Below, in pieces: positions 44,102 through 60,620 of a DNA stretch of 64,000 nucleotides (its first letter is position 1; the number at the start of each line of letters is the position of its first letter). This DNA comes from the human T2T-CHM13v2.0 reference genome, Homo sapiens. Where the stretch lies: NCBI RefSeq assembly GCF_009914755.1, contig NC_060944.1. One strand, written 5' to 3'. The notes beneath the pieces are model-generated. The model saw only the letters and a program-made list of their open reading frames with translations, was not told the origin of the DNA and searched no databases. The position numbers were made by a program, and so were the translations under genes.

Positions 44102-45311
44102 TAGTTTTTAAATATTTTTTTACATTCAAGGATGTGAGGATTATGAACATGCTTATAGATTGAAAGGAAGAAACCAGTAGAGAGGAGTCTGGCTAACACT
44201 GTAAGATGGGCAGTGGGACTTACAAGTAATAGAGGCAGTAGGGTCAAGAGTCTAGTCTAGAAAAGAGATGCTTCTAAGACAGAAGGAGAGAGTAGGTGAA
44301 GGTTCAGAGACATTTAGAGAGGAAAGGAGGGAAATTGAAGAAGTTTATGAAAATTTTAATCCTGGTTCTTGGCAGTGTAATAGGGGATCCCAGACAGTTC
44401 TTAAGAATTGCCAGGCAGTGCAACTGAGGTTAAGTAGCATTATCTATAGTGAAGTTATTTAACTCACTCTGCTGACTTTCTTCAAAAGTCCTTGGGATCT
44501 GGAAGCATAAGTAAAGAATTTGACTGGTGTGGAGATTGACAGGTGTGGAAATTTGGAAGGAGGTTCAACACAGCCATTTAATGTGCTTAAGGAGAGGGTA
44601 TTTAGCTGTTAGATGTGGGGGCTTCAGTTTAGTTGGGAAGCAGATAAAGCCAGAAGGATGCTAATGGAGTGGGAAAGCAGGGGGAGGGATTGAGTGCCCC
44701 ACCGCAATAGTAGAGCACGAGCTCAGGAAGTGAAGGGATAGGAGTTGCACAAGGGGGCTTATGATTGGAGAGGGAATTTCAGACTTACAGCCCTGGAAAG
44801 CAGGGCACATATCAGGTTCAAGTTTGTTTTCATGGATGGCCAAAATTGTGAAGGTTGAGGAGCTTGTAGAATTCTGAGCCAGGTTGTTAGAAGGATCGTT
44901 ACTCACCCGGGAATGGAACTTTAAACAAGGATTGATCAGAAGGAAAGGTGGGAGAAGTCTCTAAGAGTACAGTCATGTCATCCATACAGATGAGGAATTA
45001 AACACAGGGAGCACGTCAGGGTGAAGATGGACAGTGATCTGCAAGCGAGGGGTGAGAGTGACAACTCTGCCCCCTTTCTTGCCTATTTGAAGGGAACCAG
45101 AGACTGAATGTTTTCATTTACAGTGAAAACATGAAGGAGCAATTGTTGAAGGTATAGGGAAGTTTTTTTGGCATTTGTTTTAACCTTGGACCATGTTTGC
45201 TTAATGGCATACTCTACATTGAACTGAATCACAATGTTGATCACTGAAAATTATCTTCATTTTCTTTGTTGCTTGTAGCTTTATTTTCATTTTAAAATTA
45301 AGATTGACTTA

Positions 45312-45750
<439 letters not shown>

Positions 45751-46444
45751 TAAATATATTCACAAGTTAACATTCAGCTGACAATAGCTAAAATATTTTT
45801 ATCAGGATAGAAGCGAATTAAAAAAAAAAAAAACTGGTTAAAATTTTAGCCTGCATACAAATAAATGAAATTCTGTGCTGCTGTAGGTTATAGTTTGTGC
45901 TCCAGGACAGGTCACCCCATGAATGCATTCAGAGTTCTGTCTGAGGGGACTGGTTTGATGATACATCTAACTCTGAATTTTCCTAGATAACACAGTACCC
46001 ATATTACACAGATAAATGAAATCTATAGATAATTAGAAGAAGAATGTTAAAAATCTTCCCCTAGTAAGCATTATTACTAAAAATATAAGCTACAATTAAC
46101 TTTGCTCTTTCATGCCACTTTTAGAAAAGAATGAAGTTAATACTGTAGTATTTGTAAGTCAAGCACTTCTTATGTTGTCCAGTTTGTAAGATCAAACTGT
46201 CTGGCTTTATGTCCTGGAATCACTGCTTGCCAGCTATGTGGTCTTTGGTGAGTTTCTCATCTTGTCTTAGTTCCTCATCATCTATAAAGTGAGGATGATA
46301 AAAGTATCCATCTCATTGATCATGTGAAGATTAAATGTGTTAACTCATAGAAGATACTTGGTATAGTACTTAGCACAAAGTAAGCCAGCCTATAAGATAA
46401 ATATTGCTATTATTCTTAATTCCATTAGCCTTAAAACAATTTTA

Positions 46445-46748
<304 letters not shown>

Positions 46749-48854
46749 GTACAAGACAAGTGATGCAATTCCTGTTTTATAGATGTGGACATAGAGGCTT
46801 AAATATGTGAAATAACTTGTCTGGAGGTGGACTTGGAATTTACTCTAAGTCCTGTTTGTTTTGAAAAGTACAACTGAAGATTGCCAAGCAAGAAGTTGCT
46901 TATTGCATAACTTGTCCCTTGCCCTTACTGCCTAGGAACTACCTGGTTATAGGCCATTTAGCTTTGTAGGAAAGTAATGGGGACATTGCTGTTTGATTTT
47001 GTATTTCAGCATGTAGCGGGAAAATTTTTTTTGTATTTTTGTATTTTTTTTGTAGAAAATTGAGTTTGATGCAGCATATGAACATAAAAACTTAAAATGC
47101 AGAATAAAAGAGCAGAGAGAGGAAAATTATAAGAAACATAGTGGTAAATATGGAAGGCAAGGAAAAAAGACACAACTTGCAAATCATTAGTGATATTCCT
47201 AGTGGAGAAAATTGAACAGAGTAGAAGCAGTAAATAAAAATATACTAGAAGAAAATTAATGCTTCCTATGGACTTCAGGGACACAAGAAAGGCCCTAATA
47301 GCCTTGTTTCTGAGATTATAGTTTTCCACTTCTGTTATCTGTTCTAGTTGAAACTTAAGCTTTTAAGAAAATAATTATCATGCTTTCTCATCTGTATGAG
47401 AACATAGGAAAAATAAAGTTACCTGGTTTATGAACCTTAGAATATTTCTAATAACTTAAACCTGACAGCTCATACATACAGAACTACAAACCAGTTTTAC
47501 TTATGAATGTATGTACAAAAGTATTAAAGGGAATGCTAAGCAGACTTAGTTCTGAATTAATAGCATGTTAAGTGAATTGTTTTCCATGATCAAATAAGGT
47601 TTATCCCAGGAACTTAGCAATTAATTACCAGGAAATATTAATAAAGCTATTAAGAAAATAATTTGGTCCCATTAGCAGTTCAGTCAGTGAAACAGTAAGT
47701 CAGTATTTACTAGAATCATATTCTGATTCTTAAAAAAATAACAAACTAAGCCAGCACTACTAGTGTAGGTTCTTACTTTAAAAGATTCCTCTAATGAAAC
47801 CCAGGAGCAAACTAGAGGAATCTTTTGTTAAAATCAGAGGTAAAAGTTATCTATCTTGACTACTATTTAACAAAGAGAATTTTTTAGTCAATGACGTTTT
47901 TTAAACTTTCTAGTTTTAAATAATTATAGATTAGCAGGAAATTGCAAAATAAAGACATGAGGACCTTCCTGCGATGATAAATTCTTATATAACTACAGTA
48001 CAGTATAAAAATGAGGAAAGTCAATGAAATGTTAAACTAAGAGGTAAAAATCATTGGAAATGAGAAGACAGTTTGTAGGTAGTATGACTTCTAGTTTGAC
48101 AACCGTAAGAAAATCAATAAAATATTTAAAATAAATGAGACTTAAGGTTGCCATACAAAAAAGTACAAAAATTAATGATTATGTCTATGATATTCAGTTA
48201 AAAATACAATGCAAAAATGCCCCATTTACAGCTGTGATATTGACAAAAGTTACCTTAACAAACTATGTACAAGACCTAGAGGAAGAAACTTTTAACAATT
48301 ATTAAGAGATATAAAATATGTATGAGTTATGTTCCTGGATTAGAAGATCACACAGAAGAACAAGCTGAGGAAATACCTTACTTTAAAAAAAAAAGAAGAA
48401 TGGGGACATTCTGATCTACAAGGTGTATTGCAACATGCTTCAGGTCCACAGTTCCTTTTCCATGATTTCAACGTAAAAACTGAAAACTGGAAAATTTTTT
48501 ATATATTTGTAGTAAATTCATTTAGTGGCAAAATTGGACCTGAATTGACATGAGGCTGTTTGTAGTTTTATGTCACTTAGTGTGAATACACTTATGTTTG
48601 ACTGCAGAAATATTAATGTCTTTTATTAGAATATTGCCCTAGACCTTGCTAGGAATGTTATGTAATTGACTAGAAGGCTAGACTCACAATCCTTGTCAGT
48701 GTGAAAGACAGTCATTCTTGCTTTCTCTGGAGGATGCTTTCCTGAAAGATATACTATGGTTAGCAAAACCTTGTTTGGCAAGATCAAGATCTCAAAGAAG
48801 ATAGGGGATTAAGAGGAAAACAAAACAAAAATGCATTTTTGAAAAATGTGTAGA

Positions 48855-49645
48855 CTTAATTTTTTTAGAGAAGATTTAGGTTTTCAGAACAATTGAGCAG
48901 AAAGGGTAGAAAGCTGTCATACACCTTCCCCACAGCCCAGTTTCCCCTGTTATCAACATCTTGCATTGATGTGGTGCATTTGTTGTGACTGATGAACCTG
49001 TATTGGTGCATTACTAACCGAAGTCGGTGATTTACAATAGGGTTCACTCTGTGCTGTACAGGTCTCTGGGGTTTGACAAGTGTATAATGACATGTGTCTA
49101 CCATCAGTTGTACAAATAGTTTTACTGCCCTAAAAATCCCCTGTACTCCACCTATTCATCCCTCCCTCTTCACTCCTCACTCAACACCTAGTAGCCACTG
49201 GTCTTTGTACTGTTTCTCTATAGTTTTACCTTTTTCAGAATGTCATATAGTTGGAATCATACAGTATGTAGTCCTGTCACACTGGCTTTTTTCACTTTTA
49301 TCAGTATGCATTTAAGGTTTCTTCATTCAGTATGCATTTAATGTGTCTTTTTGGGTTGGTGGTTTATTTCTTTTTATTGCTGAGTAATACTCCATTGTAT
49401 GGATGCACCACAGTTGATTTATCCCTTCATCTATTGAAAGACATCTTGATTGCTTCCACGTTTTGGTTATTATGAATAAAGCTGCTATAAACATTTGTGT
49501 GCAGGCTTTTGTGTGGATGTTTGTGGGAAAATACCAAGGTGTGCAGTTGCTGCATTGCATGGTAAGACTGTGTTTGGCTTTGTAAGAAACTGCCAAACTG
49601 TCTTCCAAAGTAGCTGTACCATTTTGCATTTCACCAGTAAGGAAT
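48855..49645 (-). mobile_element. Old L1M (MB/MC-like) 3' fragment
   Basis: Reverse L1 3' motifs; ORF track shows L1-like TQMFIAALFII...HTMEYYSAIK. Confidence 0.8.
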
Positions 49646-49911
49646 GAGAAAAAAAGTACATTAAAAGTAAGTTCTAGAAAGCACAATATTATAGAGAAAA
49701 CTGGATCCAAAAATTATATACACAATATAATCTCAGTTGTCTTTAATTTAAAAAGAGGCAAATAAAAGAACTAAAAGGAAGTATGTTAAATAGTTTCTTT
49801 AGTTTAGGATTATGGTTGTGTTTATTCCTACCATTCTATATTTTTTAATTTTATTTTTATTAAACCATGAGCAAGTATTGTTTTTATAATTATAACAATG
49901 AAAGAAAATAG

Positions 49912-50211
<300 letters not shown>

Positions 50212-50995
50212 TGAGGACTGCAGCCTGGGAAGTGCTGGAAAGTGCTTCCAAGAACAAAGGAGAGGCTCAAGTTTTTAAAGATAAAAAGGATGAGTCAGGA
50301 GAGTAGGCAATTACAAAAGTTGTTTTTCAGGACTTCTCATTGGTTTACAGAAATAACATTGATTAATGAGTGGATATAAATTATTGAACTGTAGGATATG
50401 AGCTATGGTGTCCAGCACTGTTAGATTAGCTAATGAACTGTTGGTGGTGACACACAGTCTAGAGTCCATATAGCACGCAGCTTCAAAGTGATTACTTAGC
50501 TCAAGCGGGAGTGAGATGTGACTGCTATCAAAAAAGTGCCTTTCTAGGCATGATAATTTGAGGGAGACTCACATTCCTTAAAAAGTTTCATTTTCATATA
50601 CAAAATTTTACATGGTATGCACTTGTCTATGGTAAGAAGTATTTTGTACTTGATGCCTAAAGACTTGCTATGAACCAGTTTGAAAACAGAATTAATGAAA
50701 ACTATGATGCTTAGAGTCCTGAGTCTTTTGACCCTTAAGGAATGTGATTTAAATAGGAGCTGTAGGATATCTTTCTTCCCCTTAAGGAATTCAGATTCAC
50801 AAGACAAAAGAAACTGAAATAACGAAGGTTAGTCATAAAAGTTAAAGTAAGGCTCAAGAAGAATAAAACAATAGCAACAAATATTTATGGAACATCTTCC
50901 CTGTGGCTCAGCATCCCAGGATATAGAAGTGAGTAACAGTTTCCTTTTTGAGAAGCAGCTCACCTTCCTAGTAATTTCAGAAGCAAATCATTTCA

Positions 50996-51403
<408 letters not shown>

Positions 51404-52694
51404 CTAAGAGAAGGACGAAGAAAAATGTAAGATAGGTGAGAATGGAAAACTGAGAGCAAAATGGCAGGAGACTTGAAGTGCTTTTTGGAAAGGAATAATT
51501 GAAATATGGAATAGGCAGGAAGTTACTGACTGTAACTAGGAAAGAGCCGAAGGAAGACTTGTAAAATGTCGTATTCAGATGTGTAGGGCACTGTGACTAC
51601 ATGATCCTGGAATTTTACTGTAGTCATTTTAAGACAATCAGCTAATCAAATTAGCATGCCTAAAGAAATTTACCAAAGTTTCCAAATGTTTACACTAGAA
51701 GCACTGTTTCAAATGATTTGTGAGCTCCTAGAAAAGAACACTGATTTATGAGAAAGTTTTTTTTTTTTGTTATTGAGTCAATAAAGTTAAGAAGTGTCTG
51801 TTGTTAGGTACCAGGGTTATAGTGCCGAACAAAATCTACAAGATTTCTGGCCCCCTAAAACTACTGCATAGAAGGGAAGGCAGATGATTAAATAAGCAAA
51901 CAACCATTGTAAAGGGTGTTAATAGGGTCATTAAAGCATGTTATAGGAGCCATAGCAGGAAAACCTAATCTGGTTTTAAGAAGGTGGCCTGGAGGAAAAG
52001 ATATTCTAGCTGGTATTTAAGGTGTGCCTTAACTGTAGGTAAGGAGGTAGAAGCAGATTGTCACTGACAAAATAATAATAACGTGTAAATTCTTCAGGGT
52101 AAAGAGAGCATTTCTTCATGAATTTCATTATGGGGTCTAATATGCTTGGAGCTTAAGAGAAGGTGGGCTGGGGGTAGCCAGAGATGAGACCGATGGAGTC
52201 AAGTGTTTTAGAAGAAGCTCAGTAAAATTGGATTAATTATGGAGGTGGGGATCTGTTTTGCAGCAAATCAGTGCATTGTTTTGTATAAGAATAATGGAGC
52301 CACTTTTCTCCTGCCTGTACAAGAAGACACAAACCCTTGAGGCACCTCCTAACCCAGTTCAGTTTCCTTAGCTTTTTAGAAGCTGAGGGTGACTAGGAAT
52401 TAATGAAGATTTCCTGAGATCTCCTTTGGAATGTCTAAGACCTGCCTTCCCTAGCCGTAGGGTAGATTAAGATTAATTTCTGTCTGCCAGCAAGTGGCAT
52501 GAAAGTTGAATTTGATTCACTTACTGCTTCTTGACTAAATTTTCAAAAATTGTTTATTTAAAAGTTTTACTTCTAGATAAAAATTTGAATTGCAAAAACT
52601 AGAAATGGTTGTTAAGTCAGTTTCTTGGCGTCCATAAGAATGTGAAGGGATATGGGTAAACTAAATAGGTTCACTTCAAAAGAGACTGGTTTTA

Positions 52695-53005
<311 letters not shown>

Positions 53006-53354
53006 TTAAGAGGTAATGACCTTGAGATGATTTGCAGTGGGTCAGATGTAATGAATGTAACTTCCTATATTTTGACTTTCACAGGCCTCTGTATGATCTT
53101 GGTATAGATTAGCATTGTATGAATGACATCAGTGATTTGTGGACTGGCTGCATCACAGTCATTTGGAGGAATTTTTAGAAATAGTGATTCCAGGATTCCG
53201 CCTTCACTGATTTTAATGTAGAAGGTCTAGAGCAGGCGAAGAGAACCTTATTTTTAGGAGATTTCCCAGATGATTTTGATATACTCTGCTCTCTACCCTC
53301 CCCCTTTTATTTTTCATTTGCAAGGGAATTTCTTAGTTTCCTTCCTTTAAAAGT

Positions 53355-53567
53355 GAGTTTTTCAAGAGCAGCACTATTGCCATCTTGGGCCAGATAAGTT
53401 CTTTGTTACGGGGGCTATCCTGTGTATTTTAGAACATTTAGCAGCATCTTTGGCCTCTACCACTAGATATTTGTAGTGTGCCTCACCAGTTATGACAACC
53501 AAAAATGTCTCCAAATGTTGGATGTCTGCTGAAGAGCAAAATCACCCCTAGATGAGAAGCACTGTTT
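53355..53567 (-). mobile_element. MER20 (hAT) fossil
   Basis: Matches the reverse complement of the recalled MER20 consensus (gcactattg...tttagcagcatc...tggcctctac...aatgtctcca). Confidence 0.7.
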
Positions 53568-54118
53568 TAGAATGAAGGACTCTTTGTGAGGCCAGTAGAA
53601 ACCCCACGCATTACATTTAGTGCTTAGTGAAGAGGAGAGAACTTTCTGGACACTTCATTTTTCCTGGAATTCTCTTCTTTGGCCTAAGAAAAGGATATTT
53701 TCATACTCATTTATTAATTACACCTAATGTTTATTGAATTTTAGTAGATTTTATAGCATTTATCAAGATTTATAGTTAAATAATTGCATACCTATGTAAT
53801 GTTTCTCATTAACCAGACAGTAAACTCTGTGAAGGCAGGGACATAGTGTCTTTTAGTAAACATGCCTGGTTCAGTAATTGTTTTGCCAGGAAGAGAGCTC
53901 AGGGCTTTTCTTGCATTACTTCACAACCATTATTATTATCTCTACTTTATGGATTAAGAAACTGAGGCAGTGGGGTTAAGAAACTTGCCCAAGGCTCAGC
54001 CAATCCAAATCTGTCTAACTCTGGAGAATGCATTTTTCTCTATAGTGATATATCCTCAAATTTATTCTGAGCTTGGACATGATTTGTCAGAAGCTTCAAA
54101 ACTAACCAATTTTTATGA

Positions 54119-54421
<303 letters not shown>

Positions 54422-54453
54422 TGATTTATAGTCTTGTTAAAAATACAAAACCA

Positions 54454-54725
54454 GGCTGGGTACAGTGGCGCATGCCTGTCTTCAAGAAGCCAAGGTGGGA
54501 GGATCGACTGAGGCTAGGAGTTCAAGACCAGCCTGGAAAACATAGCGAGACACCATCTCTACAAAAAATGAAAACATTTCTAGGCTTGAGGGCCATGTAT
54601 TTGTAGTCCTACCTGCTCAGGAGGCTGAGGTGGGAGGATCACTTGAGGCCAGGGATTGGAGCTATGATCATGCCACAGCATTCCAGCCTGGGTGACAGAG
54701 CAACTCCCTGTCTCTAAAAACTAAA
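54454..54725 (+). mobile_element. AluJ-type element
   Basis: Diverged dimer. Confidence 0.8.
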
Positions 54726-55864
54726 CAGAGGTATATAGAGGAAAAGTATCCTTCCCCTAATCCCAGTCCTGACAGGGTAACTTAGTAACAGTTTATATAT
54801 TCTAGACATTTTCAGTGTATATGAAAGATATGTATACACATAATGATAGAGTTAATACAAAATGACTGGCTTATTACAATGCTGATAAGTTCCTTTTTTA
54901 TAATATGCATAAGATTCAATTTTCTATACAAATGGTGTAATATAGGTCATCCATACAAACAATACAGCTTCCTAACAAGCATGTTTTGTCTAATAAGTAG
55001 TTTTCTATTAACCAGTGTGTTTTACCAACTGTGGCTATCAAAACAGTCACACTTAAAGGTTATATTCTTGGGATATTATACCAAAACCTTTGTAGTAAAC
55101 AGCTGACCATCTCTGAGGATTCTTGCCCATCCCCGCAGATCCTCTGAGGAACTGTAATCAGGATAACAAGTAGCAGAGCAAGTATAAACTTAAACTTAAG
55201 ACCTTTGCCCCACCTGGCTAATGCTTTCTGTTCCTGGGCTCCTGAGGTCACTGGAAAGTTAGTGTTACCTCTCTAAAGTGGATAATGCCTATGCCCAGTG
55301 CACATTTTTCCTTTTGATAAATATATCAGTTGGATACTTATGGTTGCAAGTATCAGAAAACGTGACCCAAACTGCCTTAGATTTTAAAGATAATTTATTG
55401 CCCATGTAACTAAAAATTCCAGAGGTTGGTTAAGTTTTTGGTGTCATTTGATTAGCATTCCTGTTTTATTTCTTTACAATTTTCCTTTAGCTTTGCTCTC
55501 CATATTTTGGCTTTGTCCCCAGCCTGGCTTCTCTAATAGTGCAGAAAGGCAATTCCAGGCTTTACATTCACATACCACAGCAGCCTGAAGAGGAGAGATT
55601 AGCCAGATCTCAGAACTCCCTACTCCCCGAATCCGGAACTATATGGCGATTAGACTATCCCAAGCCTGTCCTTATGGCAAGAAAGATAGAATGACTCTGG
55701 TAGAGAGATACAGGCAAGCTAGAACTAGTATCAGAGGTCAGTCCCACCTGCACATTTTGCCTGCTGCAGAATAGGGGTGGATAGAGTGGCTATTGGGATA
55801 GTAACCACAGCATCTACTACATCAAATACAAAGTGCCTGCCCGGAGCCCACACCAGGAGTCAGA

Positions 55865-56055
55865 AAACTAAAGCCCTGTTTTTGTAAATAAAGTTTTATT
55901 GGAACTCGGTCACACTCTAGATTATACATTGTCTATGACAGCTTTCATGCTACAATGACAGAATCGAGTAGTTGTGGCAAAGACCCTGTGGCTTACAAAG
56001 CCTAAAATGTTATCTGTCTGGTCCTTTACAGAAAAAGTTTGCTAACCTCTTGTCT
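55865..56055. mobile_element. MER58-like (hAT-Charlie) fossil; a second shorter copy at ~58448-58628
   Basis: tttgtaaataaagttttattggaac...aaagcctaaaat...cctttacagaaaaagtttg. Confidence 0.65.
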
Positions 56056-56474
56056 AAAGCTTCCTATTTGCCATACCTTCACCAGAATTAGGTATCTTCC
56101 AATTTTTTCGGTGAGAAATTTTTAATTTTTAATAATGGTTGAGCATATCTTATCATATTTTTATTTATTCCCTGAGAAGTACTTGTCCATTTCCCCTTTC
56201 CAATTTTTGGTCCGATTGTTGGTCTTTTATGTATTGCTAGTAGGACACTGAGTTCATTTTAATTGAGAACTATATAGCTCTCATGAATGTTTCTTTTGTT
56301 AATTCAGTCTTCCTGGCTTAGAGCAGATACTATTACTAAAACTGGCTGTACATTTTTATACAGTGTCACTGACCATTGAGGAAGGTGGAACATAGGCCAA
56401 CTTGAGGAGCCATAGAGAGAGACCAGGGATAGAAATGCCTTAAAAGCAAGAGTCCAGAGATAACGCACATGTGC

Positions 56475-56657
56475 ACTCTCTCTCTTCTCTCTCTTCTTCT
56501 CTCTCTCTGTCTCTTCCTCCCTCCTCCTCCTCTTCCTCCTCCTCTTTTCCTCCTCCTCCTCCCTTCTTCTTCTTCTTCTTCTTCCTCTTCCCCCCTCTCT
56601 CTCTCTCTCTGTCTCTCTCTCTCTCTCTCTGCCTGCCTGCCTGCCTGCCTGTCTCTC
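56475..56657. repeat. Compound (CT)n/(CCT)n/(CTT)n/(CCTG)n microsatellite
   Basis: Seen directly. Confidence 0.92.
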
Positions 56658-56989
56658 TGGCCCAACTCCCTTCTGAGGGACTGGGATGGTCTTCCTTTTG
56701 ATTATTTATTTACTGGATCCAAAGGACTGCTCCCTTAATCTGCTTCATACACTTGAATTAAAAGCCCTGCTAATCAGAAGTGGTCTGATATACAGTCGTT
56801 TCAGAAATTATGAAATTAAGATTTTATTATTTAAAAATAAAGACATCTAATAAGCATTATATTTTATTCTTTCATACTAATTGGTTCTTGTTGAAAACAT
56901 ATATTCTATTTATCACTTTATTAACCAGTTAACATTTCATGTAGCAAGATGATACTGGTTTTTTCCTACTTTTTGAAGCGGTAATGTAG

Positions 56990-57217
<228 letters not shown>

Positions 57218-58720
57218 TGATCTAAGGCATTCTTTAGCTTCTAAGGCATTATAACAATATACAGAAGCACAAGATGTCTTCTCTTAACTTTTTTATGGAA
57301 AGTAGTTAAAGACAAGCAGACTGACCCTCTAATAATCTTTAAATAGTGAAGGAATCCCATTTCAACTGATATTTTGCTTTCTTTAATCTAATTAATCAAT
57401 ACATAGGCTTATTTTCCAGTTCATTTCTTTCTCTAATTACGAGTGATCCCTCACCTACTTTTCTATTCCCATATGAGAGCCTTTGCATGGAACCACCTAG
57501 AATCCTACAACTGGAAGTATCTCATGATAGCATATGGCCATTCTTCTAACACTGAGCAAGAGAAACTTCAGCAGCCTAGAAAAGATGGTGGTCCAAGACT
57601 TTTTAAGAATTGGGAGTAATTATTACTTCTTAGTCTGAACTCACAGTTTTATTTTGCCCAGAACCTTTGCTCTTTGCAAATTAAGCCTGTTTGTTCATGC
57701 CTGACCGAGTAGGTGGTCTGGCAGTAGGTGGGAAACTTCACCTTCTTCTTTGAGATCATTTGTAGGATGGGATACTATACATCACGATTTCAGTCTTATT
57801 TCCAGACTAATGACTTTTGTTGTGCCCTACCTTGGTAGCTGCCTAACCTTTGTACTTGGACCCTTGATTTCTCACTCTAGGCCCCTCCCTGTCTTACTCT
57901 CTGGGGCCGGCTGTGTTCCTGGAAGGTTGGACCTTCCATGGTTTAGGTTTGAATTATAACAGCTGTTGGGCTTCCCGTCAAGGTTCTGGTTTACTACTTA
58001 TAATTCCAGAAGCCAGAACCTGTCCGTCCTCTTTGGGGACATACCTGCCTGGTTTCTCTGGCCCAGCCTGTTAGTACCAGACAAGTCCTCCCAGAGCTAG
58101 AGCCTCGTCCTTATTCTATAGCTCCTGCAATTGGGTCTTTGTCTCCTGTTGTGAAACATCTCCTATGCCAACTGTGCCCACTCCAACTCAGCTTCCTCCT
58201 ATTTCTGATATTTGGGGATTTTTTTGGATGGGGTGGAGGATAACTTTCTGTGTACTTATCTCCAACCAGATTGCTCTTAATCACAGAGACTAGATCTTCT
58301 GTAGCTTCTGGATGTCCCAGTGCCTATTTGGCACAATGCTACATGATTGAATATATAATCTAAATAATTCAGAGAGTAATAATGGCATTTATTATATTCT
58401 ACATCTGAAACGTCAAATATTTTCTAGTCTTATTTTGGTTATCCTTTAGAGCAGGAGCTGGCAAACCACAGTGGCACAAGCCAAATGCCGCCAAGAATGG
58501 GTTTTACATTCTTAAAGGGTTATAAATAAAATATAAAGAAGAATATGCGAGAGATCTGTATAGCCAGCAAAGCCTAAAATACTTAGTACTTGATCCTTTA
58601 CAGAAAAAAGTTTGTCAGCCCTTGCTCTCGAAGCAATGCTTTGTTTAAGTGATTTAGGTTAGACTGGTGAGCATAATTAGTTTTAACAGCCTTGCTCCAA
58701 ATAAGTGGTATGTATTATAG

Positions 58721-58960
<240 letters not shown>

Positions 58961-59889
58961 TAACCCAGAGAGTATTTATATCAGAGTACTGATTCCTTAG
59001 TAACTTAATTTTTTAAAATAAAATTCTCACGATTTTCTCTTTTTCAGCCTGTAACAAATAGTTCATTCTGAGACAGCCTTTGTGGTTTCTCTTGATTTCA
59101 CCATTCTGGTCCCGTACTTGATTCTCTCATCTGTTCCTTTTTAAGCCTAGGTTTTAATTTTGTCCCTGAAATATCCACTAAAGTTACTGCAGTAACTACA
59201 TGTTTTTTTATCTTTAATCTTGCAATGTTCATCTTAAACAAGTCTGACCATATAAAAATAGGAACATTAGGGAGAATAACTCAGTATATGGATAAATATT
59301 CTGAGTGAGGAACACAGCACCTACTACAAGAGGAGCTTTTTGCTTTATCTTTTTTCTTACCTTATCAGCAAATGTTACTTTATCTGTGATCAGGTCAGAA
59401 GTGTAGGAAGATTGACTTAGAACAAAACATAACAAAGACAGAAGTGTCAGCTTGACTAAAGGTGTTCCTCCATTGTACAGGATTTTAGGTTAGCTTCCTT
59501 CCACAGTGAAAGTTATTTTTAATGTAAGTGTATGCTTAAAAGAGAATACGGGGAGGTTTTTACCTTTAAAATTGATTTAGGAAAAAAATGCCAGGTGGTG
59601 TAATAGTCCCTGGAGTAGATTGATTTGAGAATCAGGAGTTTTTAAAAGGTTTTACAGAATACAGTTTAGAGATGATCAGTCAGTATTGCATAGCAATGCA
59701 AGATTTTAGCCAAATCTAATACTTACTTTAAAAGTTTTTTTTATTTGAGATTTGTGGACAGAACTAGTATTCAGTGATTAGCTGCCCTTATACTCATTTT
59801 CTGAATGCCAGCATAGTTATTCCTTAGAACCCAGATAAAGCACCATGTTTTTGTTTCTCACTTATACTGTACTTTGCAGACACTAACAG

Positions 59890-60345
59890 ACTAAAAACAA
59901 AAAAACAAAAACAAAAAAAAAACAAAGCAAAACCATATGGTTATCTCAATAGATGGAGAAAACGCAGTTGACAAAAATTCAGTACTCATTTATGAGAAAA
60001 GTTCTCAGCAAACTATGAATAGAACTTTCTCAACTTGATACAGAGCATCTACTAAAAACCTACAGCTAACATTATACTTATACATTGTACATTATTCTTG
60101 AATGCTTTTCCTCTGAGGTGGAGAACAAGGCAAGGATGCCTGTTCTCACCACTTACGTTCAACATGGTAGAGGAGGGGCCTACACAGAGAAATAAGACAA
60201 AAGGAAACATAGTACATAAAGATTAGAAACAAAGAAGTAAAACTGTATGTATTTGCAGATGACATGATCATGTAAGTAGAAAACCCTCAGGAATCTTTTT
60301 AAAAATCCACTAGAACTATTGAGGTGAGTTTAGCAAGATTGCAGG
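59890..60345 (+). mobile_element. Old L1M ORF2 fragment
   Basis: atctcaatagatg...tttgcagatgacatgatc (degenerate RT FADD motif). Confidence 0.75.
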
Positions 60346-60369
60346 AAAAACGCCAGGGTGTTGGGCAAA

Positions 60370-60620
60370 ATTTTAAGGTAACCCCCAGCGACGTTTGCCT
60401 GTGTACAATGTCCTCTCCTTGCGTGTGGGTGGAACTTGTGACTATGATAGGATAACTGTGATTATGTTACATTATTTGGCAAAGGGATCCTGTGGGTTTA
60501 ATTGGGTTACTTTGAGTTAATCAAAAGGGAGATTTTCCAAGTAGACCTGACCTAATCACAGGAGCTCTTTAAATCTAGGGCTAGAGGTCAGAGATGGAAG
60601 AAGTTAGAGAGAGAGTCAAA
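60370..60620. mobile_element. MLT1-type MaLR LTR fragment
   Basis: gattatgttacattat...ggcaaaggg...tttgagttaatcaaaagggagatt. Confidence 0.55.

Noticed and set aside
49327-49710. 127-aa ORF (and 63245-63547, 41554-41736) resembling L1 ORF2 C-terminus
   Set aside because: Decayed L1 fragments with no intact ORF2.
56366-56738. Glu/Arg-rich and Ser/Leu/Pro-rich ORFs (also 17870-18224)
   Set aside because: Artefacts of purine/pyrimidine microsatellites.
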